From a virus: a DNA stretch of 64,000 nt. A program made the translations under genes and the position numbers. Position 1 is the stretch's first letter. Each line of letters opens with the position of its first letter. A model generated the notes under the pieces. It saw only the letters and a list, made by a program, of their open reading frames with translations, made no database searches and was not told the origin of the DNA. Location: positions 1 through 64,000 of IMG/VR virus record IMGVR_UViG_3300025880_000012. One strand, given 5' to 3'. Below are positions 19,031-27,792 of this stretch, one piece after another.

Positions 19031-20488
19031 ATGTCATCAGCCAAACAAAGCTTATCAGGAATCGAAGATCTACTTTTCGCAGTAAAAGATTATGTGCCAA
19101 CAGGACTTTTTGAATTAAAAGATACCCCAACAGGCTACCTTGGACACAGTGGCGATTACCTTGTAGTCAATGACGGTGAAACTGGCATACATTTTACGGG
19201 TGTCGCAAAAATTGCTCAAGATCTTACAGATTATGGATTTGGTGGAGATGGAGGAAGTTCAACCATACCAAGCTACACAGACCTTCCAGATGTCACGGAA
19301 AACGATGGTAAAATAGTAGCATCTGGTTGTAATTTATATTATGCTTGCGAAGGAGAATGGAAGAAGGTGGGTGCAGATACTACAGCCCCTCCAGAGAACA
19401 TTGAAATACCTGATTGCATTTCAAATTTAGAAGAGTATAATCAATATCAAGATTATGTAGATAATGTAATAAATAGTAATATTGATATAGCTTTTGATAT
19501 TGGGTTTAGGAATTTAACTGTAGATAATTTTTTTAATAATGTTTGTCTTTTTGGAAACAATTTAAATGTGCCTGAAAATTTAAATTTAATTACTCAAGCA
19601 CCAAGCAGTACTCAAGCACCAAGCAGTACTCAAGCACCAAGCAGTACTCAAGCACCAAGCAGTAATGCTAACCACATAAATAATAAATACCCAGAAGCTG
19701 GTTCTTACGATGTTCTTTGGACAGGTGGAAGCATTAACAATAGTGCCGCTATATCTTATAACAGTTCATTGCCAACTATTACACATGGCACAGATAATCA
19801 AGGTAACAGCAACAATACGGTTGTTTTTTGGCAAAAAGCTGGGGGGCATATGGGGTGGGTTTTACCTGAACAATATACTTATGTAAAGACTGGGCAAAAG
19901 TTTCAAATATCAATGTGGGGCGGTGCAGATCGTGCAAGTGGCTCAAGGTGGTCAAAAGTTGGTCACTCATCGCATCCTTCATCATGGACAACTGATTACA
20001 TTTCAAGTGTGTCTTCCAATCAATCGGGGGAAATCACCATTGAGTATTCTTTTAATAAACTTGTAAATAGTTCAGCTCCGACATGGCATTACAATAATCT
20101 ATTGCTAGTAGCTGTATTTAATTATGGAACCGAGTACGCTTCGTGGTATAAACTAAGTTTTGGTACGTACCTTAATCAAAACCTATTGATTAACATGAGC
20201 GAGACAGCAGTTTTAGATCAACCTGTTTTTAATTCGCCTGCGAACACCCCAATACTCGCACCCGGCGAAACTTTGGGGTCAGTGCGAGTAACTGAATCAA
20301 ATTACAAGTGGGCATTAGTACCAAAAGATAACCCTACAGTAAACATACAGGCGGATCCAGGTAGGTGTCAGTTTGTTGGTTGGCAGACAAGCGATAATTC
20401 TATACTAGGTAATCCAAATGATGCATCCACAACCGCTTTAATTAACCAAGACACATCAATAACGGGTGTGTTTGATTGTACACCATAA
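19031..20488 (+). CDS. fibre/adhesin 6 (distinct insert)
   Basis: Shared cassette and C-terminal YKW...ITGVFDC module. Confidence 0.75.
   Translation: MSSAKQSLSGIEDLLFAVKDYVPTGLFELKDTPTGYLGHSGDYLVVNDGETGIHFTGVAKIAQDLTDYGFGGDGGSSTIPSYTDLPDVTENDGKIVASGCNLYYACEGEWKKVGADTTAPPENIEIPDCISNLEEYNQYQDYVDNVINSNIDIAFDIGFRNLTVDNFFNNVCLFGNNLNVPENLNLITQAPSSTQAPSSTQAPSSTQAPSSNANHINNKYPEAGSYDVLWTGGSINNSAAISYNSSLPTITHGTDNQGNSNNTVVFWQKAGGHMGWVLPEQYTYVKTGQKFQISMWGGADRASGSRWSKVGHSSHPSSWTTDYISSVSSNQSGEITIEYSFNKLVNSSAPTWHYNNLLLVAVFNYGTEYASWYKLSFGTYLNQNLLINMSETAVLDQPVFNSPANTPILAPGETLGSVRVTESNYKWALVPKDNPTVNIQADPGRCQFVGWQTSDNSILGNPNDASTTALINQDTSITGVFDCTP
19592..19663 (+). repeat. 18-bp tandem repeat x4 (TQAPSS)
   Basis: actcaagcaccaagcagt repeated perfectly. 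Confidence 0.95.
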
Positions 20489-23400
20489 TGAATAAGGCAA
20501 ACGATTTTCTGAACGGGATCAAGGGTATAGGTAAATATATCTCTGATAGATACTACTTAACTTTACTGAAGGACACCCCAACAGGCTACCAAGGTCACAG
20601 TGGAGATTACCTTGTAGTCAATGACGGTGAAACTGGCATACATTTTACTGGTATCGAAAAGATCGCAAGTGATCTTACAGATTATGGATTTCTTGATGGA
20701 GTTGGTGGTGGCGGCGGCGGAGGCGGATCTAATTCTTTTGGGATAATTGCGTCCAAAATGGACGGAATAAATTTTACAGGTGAACTGCCAGACATCATTT
20801 TTCAAAAAGATGAGAATGGCCTAGAGGCTGCTTTAATATTACATAATGTAAACAAAACTTTAAATAAAATACAATATGCAGCCAATACCGCAGGTACCAA
20901 TCGTATACTTCGTTTTGATAACTCAGCAACTGCGGGAAACATGACGAACAACGGAACTTGGACTCTAGGCAGCAATTCTCCTGGACCAGTTTCGGTTCAA
21001 CATTTTATTGATACGGATAAAGCGGCCTATCTGGGCGGCGGCGGTTCTTCAAGCTCTGGAGGTGGTTTTCAATCCAATCAAATCACCAAAGATAATTTCG
21101 CTGGAGACTTTGCATTACCAGATGCTCTATATGTGCCATTAATCAGAGCTGGTGAGCTACATTTACGACCATTTTATTTTAATGGTTTCTATGGTACTAC
21201 TGAAAATGCTTTTGCTTACATTCAGTATGAATGGATTATTGGACTGAATGAGAGATTTACGATTAATTTCTCGAACAATACCCATGGTGGTTTTGCCAAT
21301 ACCACAAATTTTGAATCAACCACCACAACATTCAATTTATCAACCATTCCATCCACAACAACTAACCAGCCAAGCATAAAAGAATTCATAGCCGATGATA
21401 GAGCTTTGTATTTTGGTGGCGGAGGCGGTTCAAGCAGCTCGACAACTTTTAACTCTCTGACAGATACCCCAACAGGATATCAAAGTGGATATTATTTACA
21501 AAGCGCCGAATCTGGCGTTGATTATGTATCAATTAGTGGGTTAGCTCAAGATCTTACAGATTATGGATTTCTTGATGGAGTTGGTGGCGGTGGTTCAAGT
21601 TCAACCATAAGTACCATCAATCAAATCCAAGATAACATAGATAACATACCACTTATTGGTAGCGGAGTGCAGATACCAGATGCAATTTTAGTAAAAGACG
21701 TAAATGCAACAACTATCAACGGGTATGACAATTTAATTCAGCTGGATTATCATGGTTGGTCACAAGGCTACGACGCTAATGGAAATAAAACTAGTGATAA
21801 TCAACATTTTTGGTATGAAACAAACAATAGTGTTGGCACAAGATGGTATATACGATTTGATCTTGTGGATGGATCTTACGAGCAACATAGCGAGGACCAA
21901 CGCGTCAAAAAAGAATACGGTTCAATACAAGAATACATATCCGGCGGCAGAGCTTTGTATTTTGGCGGAGGCGGAAGTAGCTCTACTGCTGGTGGAGGTT
22001 TTATTCATGCAGTATTCAATGGAAATGCTAATATTGTATCAAAATCAAGCGACTGGGATACTCATGTGAATAGTATTACATTTCCACAAGGTGGAACTTT
22101 CAATGGCTATGCTCGCATAAATTATAAAAATGCATTCACATCTTTGCCTAATGTGCAAGTAACTGCAGATCATATAGACTCAGCTACCATTCCTCATGTT
22201 TTTGGACAAGTCCAGGCTCAGCAATTAGATAGATGCGATATCGTTATTGGAGATTCCGATAATACACAAGCACAAGCGGGATTTTCCGTGACTATTTTCA
22301 GCGACGAAATAGCTGGCGGTGCAGGCGGAAGCACCACACCTCAATTTTCTAGAGCTAAAGTTTCATCAAGTTCAAGCATTAGTCATTTCGATGCATATGT
22401 CGATTTAGACGCTAACCAATTAGCAACTGATTCTCAAAATTGGATAAGCACACATGCAACTCTAAACACAGTCGGAATATTAGTACCAGAGGATGGTTTG
22501 TATGATATATCATTTAATATACGTCCAGTAGAATATAATAATACTAACTGGATGAATAATGTAAGCTTGCTTGGTACAAAATTACGAATCGTTAAGGCTG
22601 ACGGTACCAATGTATTGGTGCAAGAAACTACAGACTCGAAAAATACAGGCAATGGAACAACATTAAATAATCATTTATATCTTGACAATTTATCTCTGGA
22701 TCAAGGTGATTTTCTTTGTTTGAGTTGTAGAGTATACTCTAGCAATACAAGTCTGTCATGGGCAGTGGATGATAGGTTTAGCTTTTTATCTGTGTCAAAG
22801 TCTGTAGAGGGAGGCGGCGGTGGAGGCACAACAAACACTCAAGAATTAACCGAACAAATCTCTCAAACTATAGTCAATGACAATTTAATTGTATTAGACA
22901 CAGATTATTCATTTCAAACTAAATATTTAAATGGATCTATTTCTTCTGATAGTAATATTACAGATTTGGAATTTACAAATTTAACAATTGGAGATACTTA
23001 TCGATTGAGTTCTACGGTGTCTATTAATAGTGATGGTACTGCGGGCGATAAAATTAAAGTAAATTATTATCATGATGGAAATAAAATCGCCGCAGTTTAT
23101 AGCGATAATATTAGCCAATCAGTAAGTACGTCTGTGTTGTTTAATGCTACAAGTAATAGCTTATTAGTTTCTGGACAAAATTTAGATGCCAATAATTATA
23201 TAGAAGGAAATCCAAACGAAATAACTTTCACTCAGATAGAAAAAATTAGTAATAACATGGTCGCGCCAGAGATTATTGCTATCACCGATGGATCAACTCA
23301 AACATTTGATGGTGCCACAATGGCTGATAACAATTACATCAAAATAGAAGGCGAAAATGTTTCAGCTACTATAGAAATTGACGGAGATTCATTTGTTGTT

Positions 23401-24144
23401 GCTCAAAGTGGAGATCAAATGGTTTGGGATCAAGGAGGAACTGGAGAGACCGCTTTAAGCTTGGGAGACTCTATTAATGTAACACTTTCCAATGGTAGAG
23501 TTATAGAAATTAAATTCTATAGATCGGGCTCTTTATACTTTGCAATTAATAAAAAATCTGAGCCAGCAATCTCACAATGTATATCATCACCCGTTACAAT
23601 AACAGTCGAATCTGAATATGATAGTGAAACAAGTACTAGCACTTTTAATTATATAACTAGTGATTCAAGCGGTAATGGTGGTTTATTTGGATGCATTGAT
23701 GTTAATCGCGGAGAAACATTAACGATATTTGTTACCGGTGATGAACCAAACCTCTTATCTCATCCGCTTAAGATAACTAATTATAACGACTTAGGTCAAG
23801 CTATGGCTCCACTCTCTGGAGTAGTAAAAACAGATTTAACTGAGGGTACATATGAAGATCATACATACTCCTTAACATGGCAAGTGCCTTGCGATGAAGC
23901 AATTGACAAGTATCAATATCAGTGCGAAAATCATGCAGGTATGCGCGGTACTATCAATGTGTTAGGAGTATGCCCATCTCCCACTCCAACTCCAACAGCA
24001 ACAGTTACCCCGACACCAAGCATAACACCAACTATAACACCAACTATAACACCAACCCCTAGTGTTAGTGCAGGTTCTACGGGGGATTACTTTGACACAT
24101 TTAATTCAAATGAAGAAATGTTTTTACCGATTACTTTAGAATAA
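20488..24144 (+). CDS. fibre/adhesin 7, multi-domain (poly-Gly-linked modules, C1q-like and cupredoxin-like domains, PT linker; start ATG 20488)
   Basis: Shared N-terminal cassette; VPEDGLYDISF; SHP...YQCENHAGMRG. Confidence 0.72.
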   Translation: MNKANDFLNGIKGIGKYISDRYYLTLLKDTPTGYQGHSGDYLVVNDGETGIHFTGIEKIASDLTDYGFLDGVGGGGGGGGSNSFGIIASKMDGINFTGELPDIIFQKDENGLEAALILHNVNKTLNKIQYAANTAGTNRILRFDNSATAGNMTNNGTWTLGSNSPGPVSVQHFIDTDKAAYLGGGGSSSSGGGFQSNQITKDNFAGDFALPDALYVPLIRAGELHLRPFYFNGFYGTTENAFAYIQYEWIIGLNERFTINFSNNTHGGFANTTNFESTTTTFNLSTIPSTTTNQPSIKEFIADDRALYFGGGGGSSSSTTFNSLTDTPTGYQSGYYLQSAESGVDYVSISGLAQDLTDYGFLDGVGGGGSSSTISTINQIQDNIDNIPLIGSGVQIPDAILVKDVNATTINGYDNLIQLDYHGWSQGYDANGNKTSDNQHFWYETNNSVGTRWYIRFDLVDGSYEQHSEDQRVKKEYGSIQEYISGGRALYFGGGGSSSTAGGGFIHAVFNGNANIVSKSSDWDTHVNSITFPQGGTFNGYARINYKNAFTSLPNVQVTADHIDSATIPHVFGQVQAQQLDRCDIVIGDSDNTQAQAGFSVTIFSDEIAGGAGGSTTPQFSRAKVSSSSSISHFDAYVDLDANQLATDSQNWISTHATLNTVGILVPEDGLYDISFNIRPVEYNNTNWMNNVSLLGTKLRIVKADGTNVLVQETTDSKNTGNGTTLNNHLYLDNLSLDQGDFLCLSCRVYSSNTSLSWAVDDRFSFLSVSKSVEGGGGGGTTNTQELTEQISQTIVNDNLIVLDTDYSFQTKYLNGSISSDSNITDLEFTNLTIGDTYRLSSTVSINSDGTAGDKIKVNYYHDGNKIAAVYSDNISQSVSTSVLFNATSNSLLVSGQNLDANNYIEGNPNEITFTQIEKISNNMVAPEIIAITDGSTQTFDGATMADNNYIKIEGENVSATIEIDGDSFVVAQSGDQMVWDQGGTGETALSLGDSINVTLSNGRVIEIKFYRSGSLYFAINKKSEPAISQCISSPVTITVESEYDSETSTSTFNYITSDSSGNGGLFGCIDVNRGETLTIFVTGDEPNLLSHPLKITNYNDLGQAMAPLSGVVKTDLTEGTYEDHTYSLTWQVPCDEAIDKYQYQCENHAGMRGTINVLGVCPSPTPTPTATVTPTPSITPTITPTITPTPSVSAGSTGDYFDTFNSNEEMFLPITLE

Positions 24145-24147
24145 TTG

Positions 24148-24161
24148 GTGTATATTACTTC
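24148..24161 (+). promoter_or_regulatory. GTGTA putative late promoter
   Basis: 14 nt before ATG 24162. Confidence 0.6.
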
Positions 24162-24755
24162 ATGGATTGGTCTATTATATTATCATCTTGTATAGTTGCT
24201 GGAACTACAATAATCAGCATCTTTATTAAAGAGCTTGTTCAAGCTAAAAAAAATAAACAAAATGCCTGTGTTGTAAAATACACAAAGCAAAACGAAAACG
24301 TTCAAAAAGCACTAGATTTCACCAGAAACGAGACTGCTGCTGATCGAGCATACATATTTGAGTTTCATAACGGTGATCATTTTTACAGTGGAAACCACCA
24401 ACAGAAATTTAGCTGTACATATGAATCCTTGAATTCAGGAGTTAGCTCTGAGTCGATGAGGTTGCAAGATTTAAGAGTTAGCACATTTAATTCATTTATT
24501 AAAGATGTATTGGGTATTCATGGAGATAAATCTTTCACACTTGAGGATATTGAGGGTATTGATAGCCCATTATTACGCAATTGGCTAGAAGAACGTGGAG
24601 TACGATCTTCTTATGCATTCCCCATAGAAACATTAAATCATGGCGTAGTAGGAATTATATGTATAGACTTTACAAAAAAGAAAACAGAGATATACAAAAA
24701 AGATATTGATTTAATAGAGAATCAAGCAAAAATAATTAGCGGTTATTTAATTTAA
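24162..24755 (+). CDS. single-TM GAF-domain protein (possible T4 T-like holin)
   Basis: N-terminal TM; ADRAYIFEFHNG...GVRSSYAFPI...VVGIICIDF GAF pattern. Confidence 0.55.
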   Translation: MDWSIILSSCIVAGTTIISIFIKELVQAKKNKQNACVVKYTKQNENVQKALDFTRNETAADRAYIFEFHNGDHFYSGNHQQKFSCTYESLNSGVSSESMRLQDLRVSTFNSFIKDVLGIHGDKSFTLEDIEGIDSPLLRNWLEERGVRSSYAFPIETLNHGVVGIICIDFTKKKTEIYKKDIDLIENQAKIISGYLI

Positions 24756-24761
24756 TTTTAA

Positions 24762-24791
24762 TTGGAATTAATGTAAATATGTTTTTACTAT
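24762..24791 (+). promoter_or_regulatory. possible sigma70-like leaderless promoter for the sigma/terminase operon
   Basis: TTGGAA-18 nt-TACTAT-6 nt-ATG(24798). Confidence 0.35.
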
Positions 24792-24797
24792 GATAGT

Positions 24798-25136
24798 ATG
24801 TTATCAACATATTGTCAACACTGTGGTGGAAAAAACGAATACACTATAACTAAACCTAAATTTTGTTCTAGCTGTGGAACTCCATTAGATCAAGGTTTAA
24901 GTCAGGCTAGAGGAGCTACACCATTAAAGCAAAAATCTTTGCGAGCGCAACCAATCCAAAAAGAAGTGCACGATGAAGACGGTACTGACATTTATGAAGT
25001 TCCTGATATATCAAATTTAGAGTATGAGATAGAAGTTTCTAACACCAACTTTACACTGGGCTCAATTATGCCTAGAGAGCTAGAGAAGAACGAACCAACC
25101 AGACGTAAAAGGGGTAGGCCTAGAAAAAATGGGTAG
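24798..25136 (+). CDS. zinc-ribbon protein
   Basis: CQHCG...KFCSSCG; basic C-terminus with AT-hook-like KRGRPRK. Confidence 0.7.
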   Translation: MLSTYCQHCGGKNEYTITKPKFCSSCGTPLDQGLSQARGATPLKQKSLRAQPIQKEVHDEDGTDIYEVPDISNLEYEIEVSNTNFTLGSIMPRELEKNEPTRRKRGRPRKNG

Positions 25137-25827
25137 ACCTAAAAAACTTATATTCGAAGATCAAATTGAAGTAATCAATCAAGAAATTCGTAAAAGAAAA
25201 AATAAGTGGTTTTTGGATTCTATGCCATGGATTTCTTTTGAAGATGTTGAGCAAATAATAAGAGTACATATTTATCAAAAATGGGATAAATGGGATCAAG
25301 AAAGAGAATTAAAGCCTTGGATAAATAAAATTATAAGTAATCAATTCAAAAATATTTTAAGGAATTATTATTTAAACTTTGCAAAACCATGTAGTAATTG
25401 CCCTTTTGATACATCTATTGGTGGAGAAAATTTATGTTCATTCACGAAGAGTGGATCGCAAGACAGTAGTTGCCCGCTGTATAAAAAATGGGAAAAAAGC
25501 AAAAAAAGCGCTCACGATGTTAAGATACCATTAAGGTTAGACGCTCAAGAGTATGAATCTAGTATTTTTTCGGTCAACTCGTTTAACGTGGATACAGCTA
25601 TAGTTAAAGTGCAAGAACACTTAAAGAACGAACTCTCCGAACGTCATTATAATATATATGTTATGTTATTCGTGGAAAATAGAAGTGAATCAGAAGTTGC
25701 CGAAAAACTAGGATACAAAACTAATGAGCAAGGCAGAAAGGCTGGTTACAAGCAAATCAAAAATATGCGAAAATTATTCAAAGAAAAAGTAATGAAAATT
25801 ATCAAAAACCAAGATATTGTGATATGA
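25129..25827 (+). CDS. RNA polymerase sigma-like factor with Cys-rich insertion
   Basis: Region-2-like EDVEQ...PWINKIISNQFKNILR; CSNC...C...C insert; region-4-like HTH SESEVAEKLGY. Confidence 0.65.
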   Translation: MGRPKKLIFEDQIEVINQEIRKRKNKWFLDSMPWISFEDVEQIIRVHIYQKWDKWDQERELKPWINKIISNQFKNILRNYYLNFAKPCSNCPFDTSIGGENLCSFTKSGSQDSSCPLYKKWEKSKKSAHDVKIPLRLDAQEYESSIFSVNSFNVDTAIVKVQEHLKNELSERHYNIYVMLFVENRSESEVAEKLGYKTNEQGRKAGYKQIKNMRKLFKEKVMKIIKNQDIVI

Positions 25828-26870
25828 AATTAACTGAAGAACATAAAAAGTTTATAGACGAAAATTTCCAAAGAATGCCAGATTTAATTGAATTGACTCG
25901 AGCAACATTTAAAGATGGAACAATTGATGGTAGGTCGAAGCAGGGAAGAGCGGTAAGAGCTTACCTTGCATCAAAGGAAATTAAATATAAAACATCTGAA
26001 CATGAAATAGTTAAACCAATTGTATTATCAGAAGAGCAGAAAAATTTCATTGAACAATATTCTCAAGATGGAATGAGTAGCTACCAAATTGCACAGCTAT
26101 TATTTCCTGATGATGAGGTCAAAAAATTGGGTAGAGAACAAAGGGCTGTAGGCAATTACCTAGAGGCAGTAAAAAAAAGAAAAAGAGAAGAAAATCGAGC
26201 CGCACGCAACAAATACGATGAACCTAAAAATATAGCTGAATGCTTAGAAAAGGTCAACCTATATACTGATGCAGGACTAAGAGAAGGAGAAATGAAAGCA
26301 ATGGAAAAAAAATCAATTGAATCTTTATTTCGTTTTTTAAAATCTCCAAGATTTACTCAGATTATAAGTAATTACCATAAAGAAGAAGATCAAGATTTAT
26401 TTGAAGCGGAATTTATTCGAGCTACTTGGGATAAGCCTGATTTAACTACTGATGAAGTTAATTTGTATGTAAATGTATGTGTTGATTATATAAACTTAAA
26501 AAATATATCTTCACACATGGAGAAGTTAAATAGAATGTTTGATGAAGCAGACGAACAGCAAGAGCTGACGGTAAGGTTATCGGAACTACTAAAAACCAAA
26601 AGTGAAGAGTATAACCAATGCGAAAAACGACAGGAGTCTTTAATACAAAGACTTGCTGGAGACAGATCAAAAAGGATATCCCAACGTCAAGATCAAAACG
26701 CATCAATACTTTCATTAGTCGAAAGCTTTCAAAACGAAGAAGAGCGAAAACTAATGGTAAAGATGGCAAACATGCAAAAGAAGGCCATCAAGGAAGAAGC
26801 TGATAATTTGGAATCTATGAATTCTTGGAAGTCAAGAATATTAGGCATATCTAAAAGCGATGTCATCTAG
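25824..26870 (+). CDS. HTH/coiled-coil protein, possible terminase small subunit
   Basis: MSSYQIAQLLF HTH-like segment; helical C-terminus; position upstream of terL. Confidence 0.4.
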   Translation: MKLTEEHKKFIDENFQRMPDLIELTRATFKDGTIDGRSKQGRAVRAYLASKEIKYKTSEHEIVKPIVLSEEQKNFIEQYSQDGMSSYQIAQLLFPDDEVKKLGREQRAVGNYLEAVKKRKREENRAARNKYDEPKNIAECLEKVNLYTDAGLREGEMKAMEKKSIESLFRFLKSPRFTQIISNYHKEEDQDLFEAEFIRATWDKPDLTTDEVNLYVNVCVDYINLKNISSHMEKLNRMFDEADEQQELTVRLSELLKTKSEEYNQCEKRQESLIQRLAGDRSKRISQRQDQNASILSLVESFQNEEERKLMVKMANMQKKAIKEEADNLESMNSWKSRILGISKSDVI

Positions 26871-27792
26871 TTTTAAATGTCAAGTGTGTCACGAAGAGTT
26901 TGACACAGAAAAGGGGCTTCATATACACCTCAAGAAGCACAAGATGGATTTAGCTACTTACTATACTACATTTTATCCACGTAATAATTTATTAACAGGA
27001 AAACCATTACCTTTCAAAAAGAAAGATGATTACTTTAATAATGACTTTTCTACTCGCAGTCAATTAATAAAATGGTGCATGTCTCAAGATAAAGAGACGG
27101 CTGCAGAATACGCATTAAAGAAATTAAAACAAAGAATAGAATTAAAGGGTCTTAAGTACGCTCCAAACCATTTAGAGTTAAAGATCAACAAGTTGCCAGA
27201 CATAGATGTCTACAAATATGCTTTTGGTTCGTATGGAGCAGCATGTAAAGCGGCTGGAGTAAGACCGCTACATGGTAGTGCGATTGATGAAAACTTTTTT
27301 AAGGAAGATGAGCATTTTGAGAATTTGAAGATTTTTGTTGACACAAGAGAGCAAAAACCATTAACCTTTAATGTGTCTGAAGATCTAAAGTTAGACTTCG
27401 GAGATTATACGGTTGGGGGCGATGATTATAACTATACTTATGTAGATAGAAAATCTGATTCTGATTTTAAGGGCACCCTTTCGGGAGGTTTAGCTAGGTT
27501 CAAAAGAGAGCTTCAGAGAGTGCAAGATTTTGACTCATACTTATTTATAGTTGTGGAAAGCGATCTTAATAGGTTATATAAAAATAATGCTTTCGGCCCA
27601 CACAAATCAAATTTAGAATTCATATACCACAACATGAGATTAATATCTCACGAGTTTGCTGGAAGTTGTCAATTTGTTTTTACAGGTACTCGAACAAACT
27701 CTCAATCAGTCATCCCTAAGATTTTAACTTTAGGTAAGAAATTATGGGATGTTGATTTACAATATTATATAGATAAAAATGGCTTGGGATGA
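26860..27792 (+). CDS. C2H2 zinc finger plus ERCC4/XPF-type nuclease
   Basis: CQVC...HLKKH; VDTREQ, GDY, VDRKS..D, RFKREL. Confidence 0.75.
   Translation: MSSSFKCQVCHEEFDTEKGLHIHLKKHKMDLATYYTTFYPRNNLLTGKPLPFKKKDDYFNNDFSTRSQLIKWCMSQDKETAAEYALKKLKQRIELKGLKYAPNHLELKINKLPDIDVYKYAFGSYGAACKAAGVRPLHGSAIDENFFKEDEHFENLKIFVDTREQKPLTFNVSEDLKLDFGDYTVGGDDYNYTYVDRKSDSDFKGTLSGGLARFKRELQRVQDFDSYLFIVVESDLNRLYKNNAFGPHKSNLEFIYHNMRLISHEFAGSCQFVFTGTRTNSQSVIPKILTLGKKLWDVDLQYYIDKNGLG

Noticed and set aside
6413-24144. Diversity-generating retroelement or invertase shufflon as the explanation for the fibre repeats
   Set aside because: No reverse transcriptase or site-specific recombinase in the window; repeats are direct and in frame; differences are not evidently adenine-specific
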